Shown one piece after another: positions 1 through 12,012 of a DNA stretch of 38,986 bases (within the stretch, counting starts at the first letter, position 1; each line of letters opens with the position of its first letter). The translations under genes were made by a program, and so were the position numbers. A model generated the notes under the pieces. It was not told where the DNA came from and did no database searches. It worked only from the letters and a program-made list of their open reading frames with translations. Origin of the DNA: an uncultured Candidatus Marinamargulisbacteria bacterium (lineage in GTDB: Bacteria; Margulisbacteria; Riflemargulisbacteria; GWF2-35-9); NCBI GenBank assembly GCA_903897765.1, contig CAIUCY010000018.1, positions 1 through 38,986 on the forward strand, read 5' to 3'.

Positions 1-882
1 CTGACTATTCTTCTCGAAAATCGTTTCAGAGAGGAAGCCAAACAAACAAAAGCTTTGGCCATAATCTGTGCCGACAGAGATGTAGTCCCTTTACATGTTA
101 TTCTCGTGCGTCAGCCACGGAAAATATTGGCTAAACTGTTAGCATTATTTGATCCGTTTGTTGCTCAACACGGTATACACCCTTCGGCCATCGTCCATTC
201 ATCCGCAACAATAGGAGAAGGGGTTTGGCTTGATGCCTTTGTGTCCGTGGGTGAAAATAGTGAGATAGGATCATCGTGCCAAATTCACGCAGGGGTTCGT
301 ATTGGTCGAAATGTTTCCATCGGAAGCGGATCGATTATCTATCCAAATGCTGTGCTATATGACAATACCATCGTTGGAAGCCGAGGTATTCTTCATGCAG
401 GATGTGTGCTAGGCGCTGATGGTTTTGGGTTTGAGCCTGACAATGAGGGTCACTTTATTAAGGTTACCCAGCTTGCTAGGGTCGTTTTAGGTGACGATGT
501 TGAGGTTGGGGCCAATACATGTATTGATCGGGGTGCCATTCAGGATACCGTTATAGGAGATGGGACCAAGTTTGATAATCTGATCCAAGTGGGACATAAC
601 ACCACAATTGGTCAGCATAATGTTTTCTCGGCGGCCTGTGCGATCGGTGGGTCAACGACGATTGGTGATCATAATATGTGGGGTGGTCAAACTGCCACGG
701 CCGGACACGTAAGGGTCGGGAATAACGTGACGGCCTTGGGGCGGTCGGGGATAACAAAGGATGTGCCTGAGGGGATGACCATTCAAGGGTTTCCGGCGCA
801 ACAGTATAAAACGGAATGGAAAGAGCAGGCCGTCCTGCGAAGATGGGCGAAAGCCCAATTGAAAAAAGGAGAAAAAGCATGA
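1..882 (+). CDS. lpxD: UDP-3-O-acylglucosamine N-acyltransferase LpxD, 5' end cut by the window edge
   Basis: The frame is open from nt 1 with no upstream stop, so the ORF-track start at 55 is internal. Long run of left-handed beta-helix hexapeptide repeats ([27 protein letters not shown]) and a GADGFGFEP motif typical of LpxD. Sits beside lpxC. Confidence 0.85.
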   Translation: MTILLENRFREEAKQTKALAIICADRDVVPLHVILVRQPRKILAKLLALFDPFVAQHGIHPSAIVHSSATIGEGVWLDAFVSVGENSEIGSSCQIHAGVRIGRNVSIGSGSIIYPNAVLYDNTIVGSRGILHAGCVLGADGFGFEPDNEGHFIKVTQLARVVLGDDVEVGANTCIDRGAIQDTVIGDGTKFDNLIQVGHNTTIGQHNVFSAACAIGGSTTIGDHNMWGGQTATAGHVRVGNNVTALGRSGITKDVPEGMTIQGFPAQQYKTEWKEQAVLRRWAKAQLKKGEKA

Positions 883-1541
883 ATAAAATAATTCGATTGA
901 GTATATTAGGGATGATGAGCACCTTTTTATGGGCAGTCCCCTCCACTATTGGCGTAAATGGACTGATCAATATGCCAACAGCCTATTCGATCAATCCAAA
1001 GGAGGTCGATTTAGGTTTTAACTTAGTGAGCTCCAGTACACCCGGTCTTCCCAACTGGAAATATTATAGCAATCTCGGTGTTTTTGATGGGGTCGAGCTA
1101 GGGTTCATTGGTAATAATTTAACAGAAGGGGTGTTTATCAATTTAAAGTTTTTTATGATCAGTGATAAGAACTCCGTATCACCTTTACGGATTGCGGGCG
1201 GGTTTACAAACATTGCTTCCCATACCAATACCGACCTATATTTGGTATTAAGTAAGTCCTTTTCAAAGCAAGTGGCTGGCCATTTTGGATTTACGTCGAA
1301 TGTACGAGCTAGCAATATCAAAGCCAATGTTATGTTTGGAATGGAGATGGGCCTTAATCCAGATACATCGCTTATTGCCGATATGGTTGGCGCTGATAGC
1401 AGTTGGGATCTTGCAGCGGGGATTCGCTATAAACTGAGCAATGAGTTCCAAGTCAACGCCTATATCGACGATATTGGAAATAATACCCCTAACAAAGCAT
1501 CTCTTTTGTTAGGAATGTCTTGGTTTGGCTTGCTCCAATAA
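879..1541 (+). CDS. Secreted protein, putative outer-membrane beta-barrel, between lpxD and lpxC
   Basis: The ATG at 879 overlaps the lpxD stop (ATGA). N-terminus [19 protein letters not shown] looks like a signal peptide. Alternating hydrophobic/polar pattern, aromatic-rich C-terminus. No recognised family. Confidence 0.5.
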   Translation: MNKIIRLSILGMMSTFLWAVPSTIGVNGLINMPTAYSINPKEVDLGFNLVSSSTPGLPNWKYYSNLGVFDGVELGFIGNNLTEGVFINLKFFMISDKNSVSPLRIAGGFTNIASHTNTDLYLVLSKSFSKQVAGHFGFTSNVRASNIKANVMFGMEMGLNPDTSLIADMVGADSSWDLAAGIRYKLSNEFQVNAYIDDIGNNTPNKASLLLGMSWFGLLQ

Positions 1542-2356
1542 TGGGGTATACGATAAAAAAAGAAGTCAGGTTGACTGGGGTGGGCATACACTCGGGTCAG
1601 CAAGTGAGTCTGTTGGCACGACCTACCAAATCCGGAGGAATACGGTTTGTGGGACAAGGGGTAACGATACCGCTCGGATTGCGATATATCGTTGCTCAGA
1701 ACTTAGGGACGAATCTTGTTCATGATGGGGTCACCATTAAAACCATTGAACATTTATCAGCAGTTCTGTGGTATTTCCAGATCACAGATCTCATCCTTGA
1801 GGTCATGGGCGGGGAAGTTCCGATTATGGATGGTAGTGGGGAGCTTCTTTACGAGGCTTTTAAAAAAGTTGGCCGTCAAACCACAAAAACACAGCAAAAA
1901 GTGTTAACCGTGTCCCAACCTGTTCATATGTTGTATAAAGATATTTTTTTGATCGCACTCCCTGCCAATAACCTTCAAATTAATTACACCATAAATTTTC
2001 CGCAGAATCCTCTCAAAGCTCAAAACATTGTTTTCAATAAAAGAAACGACTTCCTTTCTTCAATCGTTTCAGCGCGCACCTTTGGAAATGTCGAGGATGT
2101 TAATAAGCTTCATGCATCGGGGAGAGCCTTAGGGGCAACTGTCGAGAATGTGTTGGCCTATAACTCCAAGGAATATGTGAACGAGCCTCGTTTTGAAAAT
2201 GAGGCAGTGCGACATAAGGTGCTTGATCTACTGGGTGATCTTTATGCAAGTGGCTATGATGTACACGCAAAACTAATCGCCTATAAAACGAGTCACGCCT
2301 TTAACAACAAAAGTATCAAAAAACTTGTACGCTTGTTCGGGCCTAGATCGAGTTAG
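1541..2356 (+). CDS. lpxC: UDP-3-O-acyl-N-acetylglucosamine deacetylase LpxC
   Basis: [22 protein letters not shown] start and TIEHLSAVL, MDGSG and HKVLDLLGDL motifs typical of LpxC. The ATG at 1541 overlaps the upstream stop (TAATG). Confidence 0.85.
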   Translation: MGYTIKKEVRLTGVGIHSGQQVSLLARPTKSGGIRFVGQGVTIPLGLRYIVAQNLGTNLVHDGVTIKTIEHLSAVLWYFQITDLILEVMGGEVPIMDGSGELLYEAFKKVGRQTTKTQQKVLTVSQPVHMLYKDIFLIALPANNLQINYTINFPQNPLKAQNIVFNKRNDFLSSIVSARTFGNVEDVNKLHASGRALGATVENVLAYNSKEYVNEPRFENEAVRHKVLDLLGDLYASGYDVHAKLIAYKTSHAFNNKSIKKLVRLFGPRSS

Positions 2357-3392
2357 CGACGAGATCTCCTATTTCGGTGGTGCTAAACCCCATCTTCCCA
2401 GCGGACTGACTTGTCATTTTTGCAATGGTTGTAATAACGGCGGTTTCAACGGCAACAGCCGCTTCTTTTTCGCCGATGTAATCCAGTAGCATTTGGGCAG
2501 CCATGATAGCGGCGATAGGATTAATGACATTTAGACCGGTGTATTTGGGTGCACTTCCACCAATGGGTTCAAACATCGAAGAGCCTTCAGGATTAATATT
2601 TCCGCCAGCGGCAACCCCCATTCCGCCTTGGATCATGGCGCCAAGATCGGTGATAATATCCCCAAACATATTGTCAGTCACAATGACATCAAACCATTCA
2701 GGATTTTTGACGAACCACATAGTAGCGGCATCAACGTGAGCGTAATCGGCCTTTATGTCAGGATAGTCAAGGGCAACTTCATTAAAAGCTCTTTGCCACA
2801 GATCAAAGGCAAAGGTCAGCACATTTGTTTTTCCCACAAGGGTGACTTTCTTGCGCCCATTATTTTTGGCATATTCAAAGGCATAACGGATACAGCGTTC
2901 AACGCCTTTTCGGGTGTTGATAGATTCTTGAATGGCGACTTCATCAGGGGTATTCTTTTTTAGGACACCGCCTGCTCCGGCATAAAGACCTTCGGTATTT
3001 TCGCGTACAACAACGAAGTTGATATCGTCAGGACCTTTGTCTTTAATAGGCGTTTCGATCCCCGGATATAGTTTGACCGGTCTTAAATTAATATACTGAT
3101 CAAGTTCAAATCTCAAGCGTAATAAAACACCTTTCTCGAGGATACCTGGGGCAACCTTCGGGTGGCCGATCGCACCCAAAAAAATGGCTTTATACTGTCG
3201 AATGGTCGCTATATCTTTGTCGGTTAGGGTGATGCCGGATTTTAAATAGCGTTCACCACCAAAGTCAAAGGTATCATAGTTAAACGTGAACCCAAATTTA
3301 TTGCCGGCAGCATTTAAAACTTTTAGTCCTTCTGCGACAACCTCTGGGCCAGTTCCATCACCGGGAATTACTGCGACATTATACGTTTTCAT
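2343..3392 (-). CDS. Isopropylmalate/tartrate dehydrogenase family oxidative decarboxylase (TtuC/LeuB-like)
   Basis: [12 protein letters not shown]-terminus, [19 protein letters not shown] and GSAP motifs of the beta-decarboxylating dehydrogenase family. GGAGG Shine-Dalgarno upstream. No other leu genes nearby, so the substrate is not assigned. Confidence 0.8.
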   Translation of the reverse strand: MKTYNVAVIPGDGTGPEVVAEGLKVLNAAGNKFGFTFNYDTFDFGGERYLKSGITLTDKDIATIRQYKAIFLGAIGHPKVAPGILEKGVLLRLRFELDQYINLRPVKLYPGIETPIKDKGPDDINFVVVRENTEGLYAGAGGVLKKNTPDEVAIQESINTRKGVERCIRYAFEYAKNNGRKKVTLVGKTNVLTFAFDLWQRAFNEVALDYPDIKADYAHVDAATMWFVKNPEWFDVIVTDNMFGDIITDLGAMIQGGMGVAAGGNINPEGSSMFEPIGGSAPKYTGLNVINPIAAIMAAQMLLDYIGEKEAAVAVETAVITTIAKMTSQSAGKMGFSTTEIGDLVANSI

Positions 3393-3466
3393 AGAGCCTC
3401 CTCTAGTTTATTGATGGGAACGCCTAAACTATAAAGGAAGTCTGAAAGTTAAGCAAGCGTACGAAA

Positions 3467-4312
3467 TTACATTTTCCCAAATTTGCTCCGAAGTCGTTGT
3501 ACACTTTTAGTTGTCGGAATGGCAAAGGCCTTACCTACTACAGGCCGGTTAATAACACGTCCAATCCGTTCAATACGTCTTTCTATTTCATGGTTGGAAA
3601 TAGGAACATCATGTGATCTTTTGTTTAGAGATTTATCGAGATGAGAGGCAAACTGGGGTTCGATATCCGGGGTATTTTCGTGTTCGAATATTTCATCTTT
3701 TTCAAAAGGAACCGATGATTTGTTCGGAAGTGGATTTTGTTGTGGGATGATATGGTTGAATAGGGGCTGATCCTCTTGTTCAAATTTTGAAGAGTGGCTA
3801 GAGCCAAGGAAGGCTTCATTGAAATCCGGTGATGATTTGGAGGCTCCTTCAATAATTTCATGGGTTTCAACGTTAAACAATAGGAGCTCTTCTTCAGCCG
3901 TTTCATCATCTTCATGCGGTGAACTGATCGGGCCGGTTTTCTTTTGGATCTGAACCTGTCCGACATCATCAAGAATTCGCCTAGAACCATCTGAGCCTGC
4001 TATTATTTCTTTCCGACGGCTGATCAAAGCGTTTTGTTCTCGGACTTGATTCAATCGAGTTTCTTCGCGTTGTTGGATCACGTTCAGTTCATTTTTTAGC
4101 CCATCTTTTTGAGAAAGGTACTCAACGGTATTGACTAAGTCACCGGATTCATTGATTGTTGCTTGCTGAGATGGGCCTGATTTGACAGAGGATGTCTTAG
4201 CATCAGGTACTAAAATCCCTTGAAGATCATTAAAGAGTGAATCAAGTTTGCCCATGAGTTCGGTCGATTGGGTATGATCCTGAGAAAGACTTGATGTAGC
4301 CGAGGAATTCAT
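3467..4312 (-). CDS. Hypothetical acidic, low-complexity protein with a basic C-terminus
   Basis: 281-aa ORF abutting the upstream gene with no gap. Ser/Glu/Asp/Gln-rich, no recognisable domain. Confidence 0.4.
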   Translation of the reverse strand: MNSSATSSLSQDHTQSTELMGKLDSLFNDLQGILVPDAKTSSVKSGPSQQATINESGDLVNTVEYLSQKDGLKNELNVIQQREETRLNQVREQNALISRRKEIIAGSDGSRRILDDVGQVQIQKKTGPISSPHEDDETAEEELLLFNVETHEIIEGASKSSPDFNEAFLGSSHSSKFEQEDQPLFNHIIPQQNPLPNKSSVPFEKDEIFEHENTPDIEPQFASHLDKSLNKRSHDVPISNHEIERRIERIGRVINRPVVGKAFAIPTTKSVQRLRSKFGKM

Positions 4313-4756
4313 TTATTGCTCCTCTTTACTCTGGTAAAACATTTCAATGCTTAATGCTTCGGACCCAGCACCATTTAAATGCATAAACGTAAGGGCATTC
4401 TTTAATTTTTCTAAGGACAAATCATCGTTGAGATAGTGAATCATTTGGCCATATTTTTCGAGAGCTTTATCCGATAATCCTTTCTGAACATAGAAATCCC
4501 CTAAAACCTTAAAAGGGAGTGGTGAGTATAGATATTTTTTTTGTAAGCTCTGGAAAAGAACCTCGGCTTCATTTATGATGGCGTGTCGATCGGAAGATTT
4601 GGTTTTATTGGCGGCCTCGTTCTCAACAACGATATGAACGATCCCCGTTTCAACCGGTCGTGGTTTAGGGAGTTTATTTCTGAAGAGCCAGATAACAAGG
4701 CCCATCAAGAATATCGTTACGAGAATGAGTTCCATGGTATAAGTTAATATGCCCAC
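4313..4756 (-). CDS. Hypothetical N-terminally membrane-anchored protein with a TPR-like helical tail
   Basis: Hydrophobic helix ELILVTIFLMGLVIWLF followed by a helical repeat-like region. The ORF-track start at 4756 is GTG. An ATG at 4735 preceded by TATTAA (4744-4749) is an alternative, leaderless-type start. Confidence 0.45.
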   Translation of the reverse strand: MGILTYTMELILVTIFLMGLVIWLFRNKLPKPRPVETGIVHIVVENEAANKTKSSDRHAIINEAEVLFQSLQKKYLYSPLPFKVLGDFYVQKGLSDKALEKYGQMIHYLNDDLSLEKLKNALTFMHLNGAGSEALSIEMFYQSKEEQ

Positions 4757-4853
4757 GATCGAAATGGCTTAAACCATGAAATTACAAGCGCACCTCTTTA
4801 CGCTTCACCGTTCCCTGAAGTAAGATTGGGAAAGAATCTTGGGGGAGGTTTGC

Positions 4854-5564
4854 ATGCAGTCCCTGTTTAGTCTTATTGATAATTTTTTCCAATATGTTTT
4901 TGGGCATCCTGATTCGCTTATTTTTTTTGTGCCTCTTTTATTGCTTTCATTTATTGTTGTGAATCGTTTTGGCGTCATTCCTAACAAGTTCCAAACCTTT
5001 GTAGAGGTTATCTTCGAATTTCTCGAGTCACAATTTAAGCCTCTTTTCAAGGAAGAGGCTCATTACAAGAAGTGGATGCCTTTTTTCCTTACTATATTTT
5101 CCTACATTCTCATTTTGAATATGGTCGGGTTGATCCCAAGGTTAACGGCGCCCACGTCCGATATTTGGCTAACGGGGTCAATGGCGATCATGATCTTTCT
5201 CATCAGTTTCTTTTTGGGGATCAAACACAATGGTCCGATTAAATATTTTATTTTATTAACGCCGAGTGGTATTCCAACCGTCATTCGAGTGATGATGTTC
5301 CCGATAGAGATCATTTCAATGTTTGCAAAACCGTTCTCATTGGCAGTTCGACTTTATGCGAATATGTTTGCGGGTCATACGATCGTTAGGACTATTTTAG
5401 GGCTAACGGAAATATTTCATAGCAAGCTTATTCTGCCTGTGGATCTATTGTTCGTAGTCATCCTTCTTGGGTTTGAGGTTTTTGTGGCGCTCATACAGGC
5501 GTTTATTTTTGCCTATCTATCGGCGATATATATTGCAGATAGTCTATATATGGGTGACCATTAA
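4854..5564 (+). CDS. atpB: F-type ATP synthase Fo subunit a
   Basis: Polytopic membrane protein with the LAVRLYANMFAGH motif (essential Arg). ATG at 4854 with a GGGGGAGG Shine-Dalgarno at 4841-4848. First gene of the atp operon. Confidence 0.9.
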   Translation: MQSLFSLIDNFFQYVFGHPDSLIFFVPLLLLSFIVVNRFGVIPNKFQTFVEVIFEFLESQFKPLFKEEAHYKKWMPFFLTIFSYILILNMVGLIPRLTAPTSDIWLTGSMAIMIFLISFFLGIKHNGPIKYFILLTPSGIPTVIRVMMFPIEIISMFAKPFSLAVRLYANMFAGHTIVRTILGLTEIFHSKLILPVDLLFVVILLGFEVFVALIQAFIFAYLSAIYIADSLYMGDH

Positions 5565-5589
5565 TTTAACGAAAGGAGGCAGATGTAGT

Positions 5590-5811
5590 ATGAACATGTT
5601 ACAGTATTTAGGTGCAGCAGTTGGTATGGGGCTTGCGAGTTTAGGAGGGGCTATCGGTATTGGTCTTGTTGCGGCAAAAGCGATAGAGTCGATGGCGCGT
5701 CAACCCGAACAAGCGAACAGCTTACGTGCAACCATGTTTATTGGTATCGCATTCGTTGAAGCAACCGTTCTTTACACCTTGGTTATTGCGTTTATTCTTC
5801 TTGCGAAATAA
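5590..5811 (+). CDS. atpE: F-type ATP synthase Fo subunit c
   Basis: 73-aa hairpin protein with a Gly-rich helix 1, an ARQPE loop and the carboxylate in FVEATVLY. AAAGGAGG Shine-Dalgarno just upstream of the ATG at 5590. Confidence 0.9.
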   Translation: MNMLQYLGAAVGMGLASLGGAIGIGLVAAKAIESMARQPEQANSLRATMFIGIAFVEATVLYTLVIAFILLAK

Positions 5812-5823
5812 GTAGGAACTATT

Positions 5824-6321
5824 ATGGAAAATGTTGCCAGTTTGAAAGTCATTGTTCTGAACTTCATTGCGTTTTTTATTTTGCTTTTTGTCATGGCATA
5901 TGTCATCTGGCCAAAAATTAATGCATTTCTTGAGGCTCGCCAGAAGAAGATCGAAGACTTGCTGAAGCTATATCAAGATCGTAATGATGAAGTTTCGAAA
6001 ATGATCGAGCAAATGAAGCAAGAGAATGATGCCGCATACTCCCATCGTCAAAAACTACTTGAAGAAGCAAAAAAAGATAGCATGGTCCTTCGAGAGGAAA
6101 TGATCGAAAAAGCCTATCATGAAGCTGAAGGGATGATCGAGCGTGCGAAGCAGGATATTACCAAGCAACGTGCTGATATGGTTATTGAATTGCGTGAAAA
6201 CATTTCCAAAGTAGTGGTGCATGCCGTTGAAACGATCCTTGGGAACGTGATCGATGAAGAGTTAGATCATAAGGTTATTCTTGAAACGGAAAAAAGGGTC
6301 AATATTCAGGCGCCAGCATGA
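5824..6321 (+). CDS. atpF: F-type ATP synthase Fo subunit b
   Basis: One N-terminal TM helix followed by a long charged coiled-coil. Position between atpE and atpH. Confidence 0.8.
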   Translation: MENVASLKVIVLNFIAFFILLFVMAYVIWPKINAFLEARQKKIEDLLKLYQDRNDEVSKMIEQMKQENDAAYSHRQKLLEEAKKDSMVLREEMIEKAYHEAEGMIERAKQDITKQRADMVIELRENISKVVVHAVETILGNVIDEELDHKVILETEKRVNIQAPA

Positions 6322-6866
6322 AGCATAAAGTCTTTCGTCAATTTTGTTTCGAGTCTTTTGCCGATCGTGTCCCCATCGAAGAGGTGGCTCGGATCTTCAA
6401 TGAACTCTACCAGATACGATGGAGATTGGCAGAGATGGATGAGGTTAAGTTCTTTATAGAGAATAATAATGTTAGTACGGTTGTTCGAAAGAAGTTGTTA
6501 GTTAAATTTTTAGAATGTTTTGATGAACCCGTTTCAGACTATACCCTCGCTTGTCTGTTTTATTTATTAGAAGACAGTCTTGTCCCTCGATTAGGCTATT
6601 TCATTAATGTGCTAAAGATATTTTACGCACAAGAACGGGACTTGATGTTGGTTGAGGTGTTTTCTCGTTTCGATCTGGGTCAGTCAAACCTACAAATATA
6701 TCAGGCAAGTCTTGAGTATTTGTATCAGAAGAAGGTCGAATATATTTTTAAAAAAGATGATTCTTTGGTGGGTGGATTCCGTTTACGTTGGTATAACGGA
6801 GAACTTGATTTGACGATCCGCCATCAAATTGATCGTGTAAAACAAACTATTCTGCAAGGAAGGTGA
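6318..6866 (+). CDS. atpH: F-type ATP synthase F1 subunit delta (divergent)
   Basis: Position between b and alpha, length of 182 aa, 4-nt start/stop overlap with atpF. The sequence itself is weakly conserved. Confidence 0.65.
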   Translation: MKHKVFRQFCFESFADRVPIEEVARIFNELYQIRWRLAEMDEVKFFIENNNVSTVVRKKLLVKFLECFDEPVSDYTLACLFYLLEDSLVPRLGYFINVLKIFYAQERDLMLVEVFSRFDLGQSNLQIYQASLEYLYQKKVEYIFKKDDSLVGGFRLRWYNGELDLTIRHQIDRVKQTILQGR

Positions 6867-6873
6867 GAAGGAA

Positions 6874-8388
6874 ATGAATGAAGACATTGAACAGAAAGTA
6901 AGCCTTGTTGATGAAATTATTTCCCAGATGAGGGCTTGTACCCAAGATATTACCAATGAAGAGGTTGGGATCGTTCTTGACTCTGGCGATGGTATTGCCC
7001 GTATTGGTGGATTGCCAGGAGCGCTTGTCGGCGAAATGTTGGATTTTGGTGATGGTGTTTTCGGGGTTGTTTTTAATCTAGAAATGGAAGAGATCGTTGC
7101 CATTATTTTCCAACGTCATGTGATGGTCAAAGAGGGTCAATCCGTTCGTCGTACCTCTCGCATCATCGAGGTTCCCGTTGGCGAAGCATTGCTAGGACGC
7201 GTGGTCGATGCCATGGGGACTCCCATTGACGGACTAGGCCCAATCAACACCAATGTGTACCGTTCTATTGAAACCTCCCCACCTGGTGTCATTGAGCGAA
7301 AGCCGGTGGATACACCGATGCAAACGGGCTATATGGTCATTGATGCAACCGTTCCGATCGGTCATGGTCAGCGTGAGTTGATCATTGGAGATCGTCAAAC
7401 CGGCAAAACAACCCTCGCCATCGATGCGGTATTGAATCAAAAAAATAACGATGTGATCTGTATCTATGTGGCGATCGGCCAAAAGAATACGACCGTGGCC
7501 AAAGTTCGTGATACGTTGGCCGAATATGGAGCCATGAGCTACACCATTATTGTAAATGCCCCCGCTTCAAGTCCGTCATCCATGCAATATTATGCCCCCT
7601 ATGCGGGCTGTGCTATGGCCGAACACTTTATGCACCAAGGACGCCGCACTTTAGTTATTTATGATGATTTAACCAAACATGCGCATGCCTACCGAAATAT
7701 TTCCCTGTTGTTGAAGCGACCGCCGGGACGTGAGGCCTACCCTGGGGATATTTTCTATGTTCATAGTCGTTTGCTCGAACGCGCTTCCCAAATGAATGAT
7801 CAATTGGGCGGGGGATCAATGACCGCTCTTCCTATTGTTGAAACACAAGGGGGTGACGTCTCGGCCTATATCCCGACGAATGTCATCTCGATCACAGATG
7901 GCCAAATATTTTTGTCGGGGGAATTGTTTAACGCTAATGTCCGTCCAGCGATTAACCCAGGCATTTCCGTTTCTCGTGTTGGGGGTGCGGCTCAAATAAA
8001 AGGCATGAAAAAAGTCGCCGGTCTTCTTCGACTCACGTTGGCTCAATTTAGAGAAAAAGAAAAGTTTTCGTTGTTTGCGGCTGATTTGGATGAAAAAACC
8101 GTTGAACAGCTTAAACGCGGAAAGGTCTTGATCGAAACCTTAAAGCAAAAGCCGCATCAACCGGTGGATGTTATTCATCAGGTCTTTATTTTATTTGCCG
8201 CCGTCAACGGCTATATGGATGAAGTGCCCATCGAGAACGTTGGTCGCGCTCGTGAAGAGTTGATCTCAAAAATAAAGGCACGCGCAGGACATCTTTACGA
8301 TCAAGTCGAACGCGAGAAAACCATCGATGATACCATTATGCCCGAACTGATATTGACCATTCAAGATATATTAAAGGACTATAAATAA
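6874..8388 (+). CDS. atpA: F-type ATP synthase F1 subunit alpha
   Basis: Walker A GDRQTGKT, LIIYDDLTKHA-like VIYDDLTKHA, PGREAYPGD. Confidence 0.95.
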   Translation: MNEDIEQKVSLVDEIISQMRACTQDITNEEVGIVLDSGDGIARIGGLPGALVGEMLDFGDGVFGVVFNLEMEEIVAIIFQRHVMVKEGQSVRRTSRIIEVPVGEALLGRVVDAMGTPIDGLGPINTNVYRSIETSPPGVIERKPVDTPMQTGYMVIDATVPIGHGQRELIIGDRQTGKTTLAIDAVLNQKNNDVICIYVAIGQKNTTVAKVRDTLAEYGAMSYTIIVNAPASSPSSMQYYAPYAGCAMAEHFMHQGRRTLVIYDDLTKHAHAYRNISLLLKRPPGREAYPGDIFYVHSRLLERASQMNDQLGGGSMTALPIVETQGGDVSAYIPTNVISITDGQIFLSGELFNANVRPAINPGISVSRVGGAAQIKGMKKVAGLLRLTLAQFREKEKFSLFAADLDEKTVEQLKRGKVLIETLKQKPHQPVDVIHQVFILFAAVNGYMDEVPIENVGRAREELISKIKARAGHLYDQVEREKTIDDTIMPELILTIQDILKDYK

Positions 8389-8397
8389 GGCTCTATT

Positions 8398-10615
<2,218 letters not shown>

Positions 10616-10616
<1 letters not shown>

Positions 10617-10855
10617 TGCACTTGAAGGTTAAAGGTCCGGAGAAAATACTCTTTGATGACACCGTCTTTGGGTTTATGGGGCGTGCTCTTGATGGCGATA
10701 TTGTTTGCCTCGATCATCACATCGACTATTTAAGTATTATAAAAAAAGGCGATCTGACCCTTTTAGATGAACACCTAAAAGCGACCCAAACGTTAGTCCT
10801 CGATGGTGACTTTATCCTGATGATAGAGAATAATCAGGCGGTATTGTTTAGGTAG
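10616..10855 (+). CDS. atpC: F-type ATP synthase F1 subunit epsilon, short form (beta-sandwich only)
   Basis: Last gene of the operon, TAATG overlap with atpD. 79 aa, corresponding to the N-terminal beta-sandwich only. Confidence 0.7.
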
Positions 10856-10882
10856 TAGAAACGCGATTGATCTCGTTTCTAC
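10855..10882. terminator. Hairpin between convergent atpC and mscS (putative bidirectional terminator)
   Basis: GTAGAAACG (10855-10863) pairs perfectly with CGTTTCTAC (10874-10882), 10-nt loop. Overlaps both stop codons. Confidence 0.55.
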
Positions 10883-11916
10883 GTTGTTAATTGATTCACC
10901 ACTGTCTGTGTGGGTAGAGCGAGGCCTATATTGTTCACAGAAAAGACTTCTTTGATCGCGAGCAGGATCTGCTCCTTGCGATCCATAAACACATTGTAAT
11001 CTGGTGTTTCGACATAGAAGACCGTCTCAAGAATAATGCGGTAATCAGAAAAACTCTCGATGTGAACACGATCCAGTGTGATATCAGGGGTGGCTTCAAT
11101 CGTTTTTTTGACGAGTTCTTTGGCTAACAGAAGATTCTTTGACGTGGTGCTATAGACCAGTCCCAGTTGAAGAACCACTCGCCGTCGACTCATTTCTTGG
11201 AAGTTTTGAATACGGCTTTTGACCAGATCGGTGTTGGGAATGACGAGCAGTTCACCATGTATAGAACGAATACGGGTTGTTTTGATGCCAATATGTTCAA
11301 CCGAACCGGATTCAGCCCCGACGGTGATCGAATCACCCAATTTAAAGGGTTTGTCAAAAATGATTGAGAACGAATTGATCATATCACCTAAAATATTTTG
11401 AACAGCTAACGCAATGGCGATACCCCCAATTCCAAGGCCAGTAATAAGGCTGGTGACGTTATAGCCCATATTCCCAAGCAACATCAAAATGCCCAGAGCC
11501 CAGACAAATATATTGGCTAGGATCTTTGAGAATTGTAAGGTGTTCACGACAGAGGGATTATTATGTTTCTGTTTTTCGATCAACGTTTCAAGGGTAAAAG
11601 TAACTAAAGATTGGGCCATAAAGATCCCTAATAGGGTAACCAGTAACATGAACCCCTTCATGAGAACAACTTTGACAGATGGGATCTCAATAAAGAGATT
11701 AATCCCTAAATAAAAAGAGGCTAAAAGATAGATCGGCCAAAAAAACCGTTTGATAAAGAGGATCGCAAAGTGAAGAAACGGGTCATTGCGCTCGAAAAGA
11801 TGAGAGCGTTTAAGCGCAAACAAGAAAAGCCGACGAATAAGATAAAGGGTAATGAGGGAACCTCCAAGAAGGAGCCCGATGTTAATTATCCGTTCAGGGA
11901 TGATCCAGTCATTCAT
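10879..11916 (-). CDS. Small-conductance mechanosensitive channel (MscS family)
   Basis: N-terminal TM helices followed by GDSITVGAESGSVEHIGIKTTRIRSIHGELLVIPN, typical of the MscS beta-domain. Confidence 0.85.
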   Translation of the reverse strand: MNDWIIPERIINIGLLLGGSLITLYLIRRLFLFALKRSHLFERNDPFLHFAILFIKRFFWPIYLLASFYLGINLFIEIPSVKVVLMKGFMLLVTLLGIFMAQSLVTFTLETLIEKQKHNNPSVVNTLQFSKILANIFVWALGILMLLGNMGYNVTSLITGLGIGGIAIALAVQNILGDMINSFSIIFDKPFKLGDSITVGAESGSVEHIGIKTTRIRSIHGELLVIPNTDLVKSRIQNFQEMSRRRVVLQLGLVYSTTSKNLLLAKELVKKTIEATPDITLDRVHIESFSDYRIILETVFYVETPDYNVFMDRKEQILLAIKEVFSVNNIGLALPTQTVVNQLTT

Positions 11917-11923
11917 ATTGACT

Positions 11924-11963
11924 TATTATATACTAAGACTTAATTGTTTTGCGGAACAATTTT
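11924..11963 (-). promoter_or_regulatory. 40-bp promoter/operator-like module, copy 1 (faces mscS)
   Basis: The reverse complement reads aaaattgttccgcaaaacaattaagtcttagtatataata. 39/40 identical to 38638-38677. TATAAT (11925-11930) lies 8 nt before the mscS ATG. Contains the inverted repeat AAATTGTT-N6-AACAATTT. Confidence 0.6.
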
Positions 11964-12012
11964 AGTCTTCGTTATGCTGAGCTTGTCGAAGTATACATGG
12001 TAGAATACGCTC

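Noticed and set aside
2343-2356. 14-nt convergent overlap of the lpxC and dehydrogenase 3' ends as a regulatory feature
   Set aside because: Short convergent overlaps are common in compact genomes. Nothing else, such as a hairpin or conserved motif, was seen there.
5590-5811. Possible Na+-coupled c subunit (the sequence has E-A-T...Y after the carboxylate, vaguely like the Na+ motif)
   Set aside because: Aligned by eye to the Ilyobacter-type motif. The helix-1 Gln is replaced by a hydrophobic residue and the Ser next to the Glu is Ala, so the full Na+ ligand set is absent. Most likely H+-coupled.
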